Shown here: positions 1 through 9,205 of the stretch, piece after piece | Layout of the letters: each line of letters starts with the position of its first letter | Position numbering within the stretch: position 1 is the first letter of the stretch | DNA from: Naegleria gruberi | Lineage: Eukaryota | Assembly: GCA_000004985.1 (NCBI GenBank) | Contig: GG738856.1 | Strand: one strand, 5' to 3' | DNA: 64,000 bases | Made by a program: the position numbers and the translations under genes | The notes under the pieces: model-generated | Databases searched by the model: none | Told to the model about the DNA's origin: nothing | The model's input: the letters and a program-made list of their open reading frames with translations, nothing else

Positions 1-555
1 TTAGAAGGTCCATAAAAGGAGCTCCTGAACTCGAATTCTACTAACACTGATTCAAATCTATTCGAAACTTACACTTTCGTCAGAATACCACAAACGAAAT
101 CATGCTTGTAAAAAATTGTTTTACTGGTCATGGGCAATGGATTATCGTATTTCGTATCAGGTGTCATATATCGATTCGTGTTTAATCTTTCAAGTAGTCT
201 TATCTTGCCACTTTTTTTATCTCCGACCAAAATTACTGTTTCGAATAATTTAATTAATTAATTTTCGAATAAATAGATGAAATTCAAACACTAACTTTGA
301 TGCATTTCACTACAAAAAGAATTGCTAACAAATAATTTCAATTTTTCATTCAATTTCCTGTTAAGTCCACAAATTAGTCCACTTTCGTCCACTTTATCAT
401 CAAGAATAATCACAACATGTTCTTTCATTTTTTTTAAAATATTAAATAAATTAAAATCAAAATTAGATCTTTTCTGAATATTGTAATCTAGTTCCCAGTG
501 AATAGATTCTTATATTGGAAAGAACATGGAAATTGCTTTCGAATAATTAAAAAAA

Positions 556-1710
556 ATGACAACTTTGCTTTCGGATTTTTATGAATGGATTTCAAAACTT
601 TCAACACCTAAACAATTAGCTTCTTCTGTCTTGGCACTGTTTCTTCTCGGATCAGGTTTCAGGTTGTGGAAACATTTTACTCCGAAATCTAGACGAAAGT
701 CACCTAATTCTGAAGAAAGAAATCAATTATCCACCCATGCAGAATTATTAGAATATTTATCAACAAATATGCCAATGGAATTTAATCATTGCATCAAGTT
801 TCTATTCGAAACTGTCGATCGTAAGAAATATGCAACAGATTCGAAACTTTCCAATGAAGATTTTCAATTATTGAAACCATATGCAGATTCTGCCATGCCT
901 CTTCGTTGTAATGCCACAATTTCAGCACCTCACATGCATGTCACTTGTTTAAATGCTTTGAAAGATTCGATTAGTTTGGAAAATTCGAAAGCAGACGAAA
1001 TTTCATGTTTGGATATTGGAAGTGGAAGTGGATTTATCAGTGCAGCTCTTTGTCATTTATTGGAATATCATGGAAAGAAGGGAAGGATTTTAGCAATTGA
1101 TCATATTTCAGATTTGGTTGAATTGGGAAGAGAAAATGTTGAACGAGACGAAAGTTCAAAGAAATTTTTGGACGAAACTTATCCAATTCGATTGATTTTT
1201 AAGGTTGGAAATGGATATGATCAAGATTCCATTAGAAATCTCTTTAATGAAAGTTTCCATTTGGAGGATCAACTTTCGAATAATGAAAATATTCCACTTT
1301 TCGATTTAATTCACATGGGAGCTGCTTGTCCAATTCTTCCACAACACTTGTACAAATTATTGAAACCGAATGGTAGATTAGTTTGTCCAGTAGGTCCCTC
1401 AGTTGGTATTCAAGAATTACTTTGCATTGAAAAGCAACTGAAACTCATTTCTCCAACAAGTCTCGAAACGAATCAATTATTCGAAAGTGGAAATCAATTT
1501 AGAGAAATCCAACTCGTCCAATCGATTGCCAAGGTCCATTTCGTCCCATTATTCATCAACACTGAAGAACAGGAGAGACATTTCAATAGATCGAATCCTC
1601 GTCTCATTCAAGTAAATGAGAATGAGAAAGTTGTCGTCCTACCTTACTTGCATTTAATTGATAATTCGATAACTTGTTTGGAAGACATTAAATGGGAGGG
1701 TGATGAATAA
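556..1710 (+). CDS. Protein-L-isoaspartate O-methyltransferase (PCMT)-domain protein with an N-terminal membrane anchor
   Basis: ORF carries AdoMet motif I 'LDIGSGSGFISAA', 'ILAIDHISDLVELGRENV', and a post-motif 'GAACPILPQHLYKLLKPNGRLVCPVG'. This matches the PCMT family pattern VLDVGSGSGY...IDHI...GGRLILPVG. ATG at 556. Confidence 0.6.
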   Translation: MTTLLSDFYEWISKLSTPKQLASSVLALFLLGSGFRLWKHFTPKSRRKSPNSEERNQLSTHAELLEYLSTNMPMEFNHCIKFLFETVDRKKYATDSKLSNEDFQLLKPYADSAMPLRCNATISAPHMHVTCLNALKDSISLENSKADEISCLDIGSGSGFISAALCHLLEYHGKKGRILAIDHISDLVELGRENVERDESSKKFLDETYPIRLIFKVGNGYDQDSIRNLFNESFHLEDQLSNNENIPLFDLIHMGAACPILPQHLYKLLKPNGRLVCPVGPSVGIQELLCIEKQLKLISPTSLETNQLFESGNQFREIQLVQSIAKVHFVPLFINTEEQERHFNRSNPRLIQVNENEKVVVLPYLHLIDNSITCLEDIKWEGDE

Positions 1711-1850
1711 TTAATTAATAACATTAAGTATTGAATTAAATATTTATAATATTTCTATATTTGGTCTTGTTAAATTTTTTGTAATAAATTGAATAAAGGA
1801 ACATTGAACAATAGACAAGTTTCCATTACAAATCATGAGTTTCAAAAAAA

Positions 1851-2867
1851 ATGGGTAAACATGAAAGCAAGGAATATTCACATTTTTCAAATGACGTTTT
1901 ATGGGAAATTTTATCATTTCTCGAGAAGGATTACAAATTTCAAATATTTTCGTTCGGTTTAGTTTCGAAACAGTGGTATGCTTTCATAAAAGAACGACTG
2001 AAATTTTCAGTGACATGTGGAAATGATAAGAAATTGAAAGGTGACTTTCTACAAAATATTACAAGTTGTAAAGTGATGAGAAAAAGTGAAAAAGTGAAAC
2101 TGAGGATTGAAAAGTTGAAGAATTTGACATATTTGGATATTAGTGAGAATTATATTTTTGATAAATTGGTCAATTGGGGAAAATCTTTTGGAAAATTGGA
2201 CAAATTGACCCATCTCAATATTTCAAAGAATCGAATTGAAAGAAAAGGAATCAAATATCTTACCCGAATGAAACAATTAAGAATTTTGGATATTAGTTGT
2301 AATAATATCGATTATTGTGGTCTTTTCCTTATTTGTAACATGAACCAATTGACCAATCTAAATATCAGTCGGAATTTTATCAAAGAGAAATCTATTTATC
2401 TTGTTGATTTGAATCAATTAACAACTCTCATTGTGAGACAGAATGATATTACACAAGTTTCATTTCTTTCAAACTTTACAAAATTGACTAATTTGGATGT
2501 CAGTCAAAATCTTATTGGAAATGAAGGAATTAAATTTGTGGGAGAAATGAAACATTTAACATGTCTTAGGGCTTGTTCGACTGGATTTGATGAAGAAGGA
2601 GCAAAATGCATTGGTCAATTGAGCCAGTTGACTTGTTTGGACGTTAGTCATAATAGTATTAAGAATCAGGGAGTTGAATTTATTAGTCAACTGAGCTACT
2701 TGACAGATCTTACCGTTATTCATTGTCATATAGATCTTGAAGGTGTCGAATTTATTACTAAAATGAATCAGTTGACCAGATTAGACATTAGTCTCAATCT
2801 TTTTGGAACACCTAAAAAGATAGCTACGGAACTATTGAGTGCAAATAAGGAATATTTCAATATATAA
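1851..2867 (+). CDS. F-box / leucine-rich-repeat protein (ribonuclease-inhibitor-type LRRs)
   Basis: N-terminal F-box-like 'DVLWEILSFLEKDYKFQIFSFGLVSKQWY', followed by about nine 24-25-aa LRRs of the form LTxLxISxNxIGxEGxKFI. Paralogous to the 30109-31310 locus. Confidence 0.6.
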   Translation: MGKHESKEYSHFSNDVLWEILSFLEKDYKFQIFSFGLVSKQWYAFIKERLKFSVTCGNDKKLKGDFLQNITSCKVMRKSEKVKLRIEKLKNLTYLDISENYIFDKLVNWGKSFGKLDKLTHLNISKNRIERKGIKYLTRMKQLRILDISCNNIDYCGLFLICNMNQLTNLNISRNFIKEKSIYLVDLNQLTTLIVRQNDITQVSFLSNFTKLTNLDVSQNLIGNEGIKFVGEMKHLTCLRACSTGFDEEGAKCIGQLSQLTCLDVSHNSIKNQGVEFISQLSYLTDLTVIHCHIDLEGVEFITKMNQLTRLDISLNLFGTPKKIATELLSANKEYFNI

Positions 2868-3002
2868 ATATCAAATAGATATTTTTCACATCCCAACAAA
2901 GTTATCCTAATTATTAGCACTTTACAACTTGTAATATTTTGTATAATTGCCACTATTTCCATATCTGAATAGTTTTATATTTGAGATTTAAGGACATTGA
3001 AT

Positions 3003-3120
3003 GGCTACGGCCATATCACGATGAATGCACCTCATCCCGTCCGATTTGAGAAGTTAAGCATCGTCGAGCCACATCAGTACTGAGGTTGGAGACAACTTGG
3101 GAACCTGTGGTGCTGTAGTC
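3003..3120 (+). rRNA. 5S ribosomal RNA gene
   Basis: GGCTACGGCCATATCACGATGAATGCACCTCATCCCGTCCGATTTGAGAAGTTAAGC...GGGAACCTGTGGTGCTGTAGTC matches eukaryotic 5S (GCCTACGGCCATACC...CCCGTCCGATCTG..GAAGTTAAGC...GGGAATACC..GTGCTGTAGGC). The 5' and 3' ends can pair as helix I, and a T6 Pol III terminator follows immediately. Confidence 0.85.
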
Positions 3121-3126
3121 TTTTTT
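3121..3126 (+). terminator. Pol III T-run terminator of the 5S gene
   Basis: TTTTTT directly after the 5S 3' end. Confidence 0.6.
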
Positions 3127-3526
3127 CAGTTTTGATTCTTGTCCATACTATGCAAGAGATTGGATATCGAGCTGTATTTCTTAGGTGAAGGATGAGTTAA
3201 CAATAACTATCTTTCGAATTGGTTCCAAATAAGATGATAAAGTTCACAACAAGTTCATACTATTGTAACAGTGATAGTTCCATGAATCGGTAATATTTTA
3301 TCGGAAAGCTTTACAATAGTTCATGAACCTTTATGAACTTTCAACGATCGTAGTGAAAATCACCACAAAAAAAAATGGCACAACATCAATACCACTACAT
3401 TCTCAACACACAAAACGAACATCATTCCTATTATATGAGGAATAATTCTCGTCCAGAGACTAAACTGCAAGAAATTAAGAAAATTTTCAAGGATAATTTT
3501 ACAAATGAGAGTTAATTGTTGAGTGT

Positions 3527-5566
3527 TTGAAGGGATTTGATGAGAAAATTTATGCCAACTTGTGTTATACAGAGGTGAAGGAGTTGAATTTCCTATCGAG
3601 AATTTCTAAATGGTTATTATTGGGATTCGGAAGAGAAGAACAATCAGAAGGAGTTTTAAATAGTGTAAAATATGATGCAAGAATTGTTGGGGAGTATTTT
3701 AGAATTTTGGATATGGCAATTATACGTGAGCTTCATTACAGTAATATGAACAGTTCTTATTTCTTATTCCCTTCAAAGAATGAACAAGTGTGGAAAGAAA
3801 TTATTAATTATTGTCTTAGTTTGATAGATTTGGCTGATTCTACAGATAGAGGTTTGATAATTTCGTATGCTCTTAAAAGATTTATTCAGAGAGACAATAG
3901 AATTAAAGGTATTGTTGCAGAAAAGAGAGAAAACTTGATTCAAATGATGATTAGATTGACCAGATTTCCAACCAATCAAACATTATTGACAAATAATCAT
4001 TCTCTGATGGTTTATTGGACTCTCAAGTTGCTCAACTTGAGTGGTGCAGAGAAATGGGACGGATTAATTGAACACAAAACAACTTGGGAGAAAATTCAGG
4101 GATTTTACTTGAAAGCATTAGTTGACACTCTTCCTGAAAACTTGCTTGATAGACATTACACTCAAACTCATATTGAACCAAATGAAATTGTAACAGAGGT
4201 GTTTAATCTGGTCAATTCTTGCTATTTGAAGAATGGTGACTCTGTTTCTTGTCTATTTGATGATCAATTGACTTGTACAGGAAATATTTTGAAAAAATGT
4301 ACAATAGTTTCTATGGCAAATACTATCATGAATAGATCAGAGATTGAAATCGATGGTTTGATGCTTAATTCCTTAGCTAGAGCTCTCAAGTTGAAAAATG
4401 ACAATAATGTGTGTAAGCTTTTCAGCTCGAAGATTTCTTCCTTCTTTGAGCAAAATCCAAAACAACCAATTTCCGAGCTCTATTACTCCATAATTAAGCT
4501 ATACAAAAGCAAATATTCTACCTTCAAAGATTATTGTGAAATATTCGACAGTAATGAACAAAGAGAATTTATTTCCAATACTATTATGGATCCTTTTCTC
4601 GACCATTATATGGAAATAAGGAAAGGAACAGACAAAACTTATTTGCAGAATATTGTAGACGGTTTTGAAGCATTTGGGAAAAGTAGCTCGGTTCTTGATG
4701 AGAGAATGGTGACCCTGCTTGTGGATTTTGGTGACAACTCACTCCTATATGCTTATTTACATGAAGGAGGATACTGTCAAATTTATAGTGTCTTTGAGAC
4801 GTTTGCATCTATTATTCAAAACAGAGGAGCTGAGCTGATGAACATTATGGATGGAGCAATGTGCAATCGTTTAGAAAAACAATTAGAATTAAGTATTTCA
4901 AGCTATAATAGTGACGATGGTTGGTTTGCTGTTTTATGTTCAGCACTGGAAAGTGGATTATTTTGGAACATTATTGAAAAATCGAGGCAATTAACTGAGC
5001 CAACCTTTACAATAACTGAGAAATTCAAACAAGGCTACACTTTAGAACTTGTGAAAAAGGTGAGACAAGAACGTGAAGGTAGTACTCAGGATCCTTCTTT
5101 CTACACTCTCTACTGTTTGTGGTTCCTCTTAATGGAGAATATTGAAAAATCTAACAAGGTTAGAAGAGGAAAGAAAACTGAAACATACAGAGCTCTCGTT
5201 AATCTATCTTTGATTCCAAGAGATTATGACTGTGGCAATCCTCGTGATTCTGTGTTTGCCTTTTTACTACTTGCAGAACTTGAGGAAAATGTGGAAGAAA
5301 ACATGAGTATTATTTTGCAAAACATGGATCACATCATTAATAGTATGTATGAACAATCACACAGAAGCACAAGCTTTTTAAGCTTTGCAATAAGTAGACT
5401 ATTGGAAAACATTGAAAGATTTCTCTATCACTACAGTGGAAGAAATGAATTGCATTCAATTCGATCTAATTTAAAACAGGCATTAATTTACTTGCCAACT
5501 TATGAACATCCAAAACTTTTAGAAAATATTCATAATCTTCTTGATGATAATGAAGTTGATCATTAA
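3527..5566 (+). CDS. Hypothetical 679-aa protein, no recognisable domain
   Basis: Long uninterrupted ORF. The track start at 3527 is a TTG; the first in-frame ATG is near 3711, unless an upstream exon exists. Confidence 0.45.
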   Translation: MKGFDEKIYANLCYTEVKELNFLSRISKWLLLGFGREEQSEGVLNSVKYDARIVGEYFRILDMAIIRELHYSNMNSSYFLFPSKNEQVWKEIINYCLSLIDLADSTDRGLIISYALKRFIQRDNRIKGIVAEKRENLIQMMIRLTRFPTNQTLLTNNHSLMVYWTLKLLNLSGAEKWDGLIEHKTTWEKIQGFYLKALVDTLPENLLDRHYTQTHIEPNEIVTEVFNLVNSCYLKNGDSVSCLFDDQLTCTGNILKKCTIVSMANTIMNRSEIEIDGLMLNSLARALKLKNDNNVCKLFSSKISSFFEQNPKQPISELYYSIIKLYKSKYSTFKDYCEIFDSNEQREFISNTIMDPFLDHYMEIRKGTDKTYLQNIVDGFEAFGKSSSVLDERMVTLLVDFGDNSLLYAYLHEGGYCQIYSVFETFASIIQNRGAELMNIMDGAMCNRLEKQLELSISSYNSDDGWFAVLCSALESGLFWNIIEKSRQLTEPTFTITEKFKQGYTLELVKKVRQEREGSTQDPSFYTLYCLWFLLMENIEKSNKVRRGKKTETYRALVNLSLIPRDYDCGNPRDSVFAFLLLAELEENVEENMSIILQNMDHIINSMYEQSHRSTSFLSFAISRLLENIERFLYHYSGRNELHSIRSNLKQALIYLPTYEHPKLLENIHNLLDDNEVDH

Positions 5567-6497
5567 TCTGTAAATTGTCCATCAGAAATTATTAAAGTAA
5601 TATTGATCATTAATGAGTAAAATATTTACCACCTTATATTAATTCCAACTGTTTCTATTTTCGAACTGAAAACTTTGCAAATCTTTCAAAATCTAGATTT
5701 TGATGAAATTCTTCGAGAAGGAGAAAATTCAATTATGAAAATGGTGCACAACATGTTGTGGGTGAACAGAAACAATTAAGCCACTAATGAAAATAGTATC
5801 GGGATAAAAAAGAGAATTAATCTTCATTTAAGAGTGGATCAGTAGAGGTGAATGAAGTCATGCTAGGAGGAACAGAGCCAGGTGGTTCCCTTACAAGAGA
5901 CAAGTCTCCCATAGCTTCCCCACGAGTCAATCCATTCCAGGCGATCTTATAAAAACTTTCTTCCTTTCCACACGAGTTTGAATGGATGAAGATTTTACTC
6001 TCCAAAATTGTTCCCTCACAAAAATAGGGCATTGTTGTGGTTGTGAATATTTTTAAATAATTTTCTTCCTCATCTCATGGAATTTAATTTTCGGGTGTGA
6101 TGAGAATAAATCAAAGGTTTCAAGCAGATAGTAATATTCAATTTGTTGGTGAAAGGCAAAATTATCCTTGTAGAGTGTTATATTCAGAGACCGAAACTTA
6201 AATAATAATTATCATCAAAGTAGTTATGGAACACTTGTAAATCATCATCAAACAGAGAATACGAGTACAACATCCTTCTCAGTTCCTTGAGAAAATGTTG
6301 TGCATTTTTTATTGTGGTTTTAATTTTTCAATTTAAATTACATTTACGACAATTATTTAAATATTAATTATTGCCAAGGTTTTATCTGAGGTTTAGGGTA
6401 GTGGTTGTTTAGCATTATTATGTGAAGTTCACAGCAAACAAAATTCAAAAAAATTGAACCAACATCCACCACGTGCCACTGTTCTCTCCTGCCGAGT

Positions 6498-7436
6498 ATG
6501 AATATCTTGTCGCGCATCACATCCCCTCTCAGTATTGCAATTTCTTCTGGTATTCTTTTACTCATGTCATTCTTTAGCTTTTTCAAGAATAAATCTGCCG
6601 AAACCAAACAAGAAGGCAAACCTACACGTACTACTCAGCAAGGAACCGATTCTACCTATCATGTCAATGATTTACTGATACAGTTTCCAGAGCAGGAAAA
6701 AGATGAACTGTATCACTTGATGAATAGTGAAGAAAATTTAAAATTCCTCCAAGAAAATCCAATTTTGAAAAAGCAGGTTGATGGTGTGGAAGGTTGTTTT
6801 GTATTGGAAAATGTGATAACTCCTCTGGAATGCAAATTGTTTGTGGAAATTTCAGAAAAGATGGGTTATAAACCATCTCCATTGTCTGTTTTAGCAGGAA
6901 AGTTTGACACATCTGTCATTAATAACTCAACAAAGCAAATTAGAGATTCAGAAAGAATTTTGACAGATCTTCCTGAGAAGGTGATTGAAGTTTTGAATAA
7001 GAGAATTGAGCACTTGTTACCTGAGAAGGTAGATATTTATGGAGAGGAATGGACATTGAGAAAGAATACACCAATTAATGAACGTATCAGATTTAACAAG
7101 TACGGTGTCACCCAAAAGTTTGGACCTCATATGGATGCTGGCTATAGGAAGAATGATCATGAAATGACTCAGCTTACTATCATTTTCTATTTGAATGAGG
7201 ATTTCAAGGGTGGGGAGACTACATTCTTCCCAGGTGGAAGGAGACATCTCTTAGAAGAAGCTACTGTGCAAGAGGTCAGAATAGTTCCAAAGATAGGTCT
7301 TGTTAGTGTATTCTTCCAAAATGGTAAATTGAATCATAGGCATGAAGGATCTCCAGTTATTGAAGGTTTCAAGTACATTATTAGAAGTGATATTGCATAC
7401 ATCAAGTCCTCTTGGTTAGAATCTCAAAATCAATAA
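6498..7436 (+). CDS. 2-oxoglutarate/Fe(II)-dependent oxygenase, prolyl-4-hydroxylase-like, with an N-terminal signal anchor
   Basis: HxD...H triad context 'FGPHMDAGYRKND ... NHRHEGSPVIEGFKYIIRSDIAY' and 'FYLNEDFKGGETTFFPGG'. Hydrophobic N-terminus 'ISSGILLLMSFFSFF'. Confidence 0.55.
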   Translation: MNILSRITSPLSIAISSGILLLMSFFSFFKNKSAETKQEGKPTRTTQQGTDSTYHVNDLLIQFPEQEKDELYHLMNSEENLKFLQENPILKKQVDGVEGCFVLENVITPLECKLFVEISEKMGYKPSPLSVLAGKFDTSVINNSTKQIRDSERILTDLPEKVIEVLNKRIEHLLPEKVDIYGEEWTLRKNTPINERIRFNKYGVTQKFGPHMDAGYRKNDHEMTQLTIIFYLNEDFKGGETTFFPGGRRHLLEEATVQEVRIVPKIGLVSVFFQNGKLNHRHEGSPVIEGFKYIIRSDIAYIKSSWLESQNQ

Positions 7437-7488
7437 TTAGAAACTTGCATTCCAATGAAAATACTTGAAATGACTTTGTTGTAAATAA

Positions 7489-9003
7489 TTAATTCAATAG
7501 AGATTGGAAACCTTGAGCTGTTCCATTATTTGGTGCAGGAACAATATTCAAAATTTGACAAATTGTAGAATAAATATCCAAATTTCTAACTACTCCATCA
7601 TATAAAAGTCCAGATTTGAAATGTTTTCCTTGAGCCATAAACAAGCTACTCATTTGAGCGGATTCATTATCAAAGCCATGATTTCCTTGCCCATATTTTG
7701 TACTGCTTGGTGTTCTCTTAATTGAGTATTCAACTTTGGCCAAAATCAAAATGTCAGCAATGCGATCTGATTGAGAGTAGTGAAATCTTGGTGGCATATT
7801 CTTCCTCGTGTAAACACCTTGTATAGCACTAGAGAAGGCAATAGAATTCATAATATTAGCAGCCAGTTGACCATAAATTTCATCGACTTGTGACTTGTCC
7901 TTAAAGTAAAAATCAAAAAATGGTCCATCATTCATATTCAAAACATCTGCTCCAATAATATCCTTTCCAAGTATATCAGAAACTGAAACAACTTGAGAGT
8001 CTGGAGTTTTGGCCATACCATGATCGCTCACAATGATCAAATCTACCTTATCCGTTGCATTTCTCTCATTCAAACCTTGAATGATGAGTCCTACTGCTTG
8101 ATCCACTTTTCTAATAGCTTCAGCTAATTCGGTTGTGTATTCTGGACCCAATGCATGTCCAACTGTATCAACAACCTCAAAATAGGTCAATATCAATCGA
8201 GGTCTCTTATCAGAATCAAACCACTCAAAAATTGTCTTGATTCTATCAGCATATGGAATTGATTCGTCATACTTCTTATAATAAGATGGATACATTCCTT
8301 GAATTGCCACATCTGAACCTGGCCAAAAGTAAGAAGCACTCACCAAACCTTGTTTTTCAGCTGTAACCCAAATTGGCTCTCCAAGCCACCACCTAGGATT
8401 GAATGCTTCTTGTGATCCCAATTTGAAAACAGCATCATAATTGGGATCATAAAATCTATTGGAAACAATTCCATGTGATTCAGCATATAAACCAGTGACC
8501 AAAGTATAATGATTAGGGAAGGTTTTGGAAGGAAAGATTGGTCTCATACTTTTTGCCTTGACTCCCTTCTGATAGATGGAACGTAAATTGATGCAATTAT
8601 CAGTACACATGGACAAGTATTCAGGTTTAAAACCATCCAATGAAACCATAATTACCGTCGAATTGATTTGATGATCAATTATTGGAACCTCCTTTCTATT
8701 CATTGCATTCACAATAATTAATCCAGCAATCACAGCGTTAGCCAATACTATAAACGAGATGATTATGAAAATACCAATCATGATAATACCCAAAGTACGA
8801 ACAGATTTCCGTGAAGGTGATAATACTTGTCTTGATTCATCATCCATGTATTCGGAATCATCAAAACTTGGACCATTTTCACCATCATATCGACTCGCCT
8901 CAATATTGGAGTGAATGAGATTTCGTTCCTGTTCATGTTCTCTACTTGGAGAGGAAGCTTGATAGAGAATTCGTTCATGCTCTCTGAGGTGATGATGATT
9001 CAT
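7489..9003 (-). CDS. Ectonucleotide pyrophosphatase/phosphodiesterase (ENPP / type I phosphodiesterase family), single-pass membrane protein
   Basis: 'VIMVSLDGFKPEYL', 'FPNHYTLVTGLYAESHGIVSNRFYDP' and 'VSDHGM' are hallmark alkaline-phosphatase-superfamily/ENPP motifs. An N-terminal TM 'LGIIMIGIFIIISFIVLANAVIAGLII' is present. Confidence 0.7.
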   Translation of the reverse strand: MNHHHLREHERILYQASSPSREHEQERNLIHSNIEASRYDGENGPSFDDSEYMDDESRQVLSPSRKSVRTLGIIMIGIFIIISFIVLANAVIAGLIIVNAMNRKEVPIIDHQINSTVIMVSLDGFKPEYLSMCTDNCINLRSIYQKGVKAKSMRPIFPSKTFPNHYTLVTGLYAESHGIVSNRFYDPNYDAVFKLGSQEAFNPRWWLGEPIWVTAEKQGLVSASYFWPGSDVAIQGMYPSYYKKYDESIPYADRIKTIFEWFDSDKRPRLILTYFEVVDTVGHALGPEYTTELAEAIRKVDQAVGLIIQGLNERNATDKVDLIIVSDHGMAKTPDSQVVSVSDILGKDIIGADVLNMNDGPFFDFYFKDKSQVDEIYGQLAANIMNSIAFSSAIQGVYTRKNMPPRFHYSQSDRIADILILAKVEYSIKRTPSSTKYGQGNHGFDNESAQMSSLFMAQGKHFKSGLLYDGVVRNLDIYSTICQILNIVPAPNNGTAQGFQSLLN

Positions 9004-9205
9004 GTTGTTGCATTTTTTTTTAATTAAGAAATAAAAATTGAATATTTAAGTGTGAGTGGAGTGATCTTAATAAGGCAAATTTAATGAATGTGTGTGAATA
9101 TGGATTGAAATTTTGTGTAAAAAATCAATGCATTCATTTCATATTTCATTACATTATTGGATTGTAAACTGTGAATTTTTGAAAATGGATGAATTTTTTA
9201 TGTAA

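Noticed and set aside
2768-2962. Short antisense or overlapping ORFs (for example 2768-2962, 3773-3979, 4584-4808, 8778-8978, 9585-9815, 10472-10768, 11800-12172, 17862-18062, 20040-20881, 21324-21851, 25737-26578, 26774-27130, 28274-28627, 35684-36470, 37229-38368, 40540-42917, 43684-48948 internal ORFs, 59357-63807 minus-strand ORFs)
   Set aside because: All lie inside or antisense to long, homology-supported genes. They show low-complexity or AT-driven composition and have no independent support. Called spurious.
3130-3520. Palindromic GTTCATGAAC / TTATGAACTTT motifs downstream of the 5S gene, as a possible regulatory element or small RNA
   Set aside because: Short AT-rich palindromes are frequent in this genome's intergenic DNA, and there is no accompanying conserved structure or coding signal. 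Noted only.
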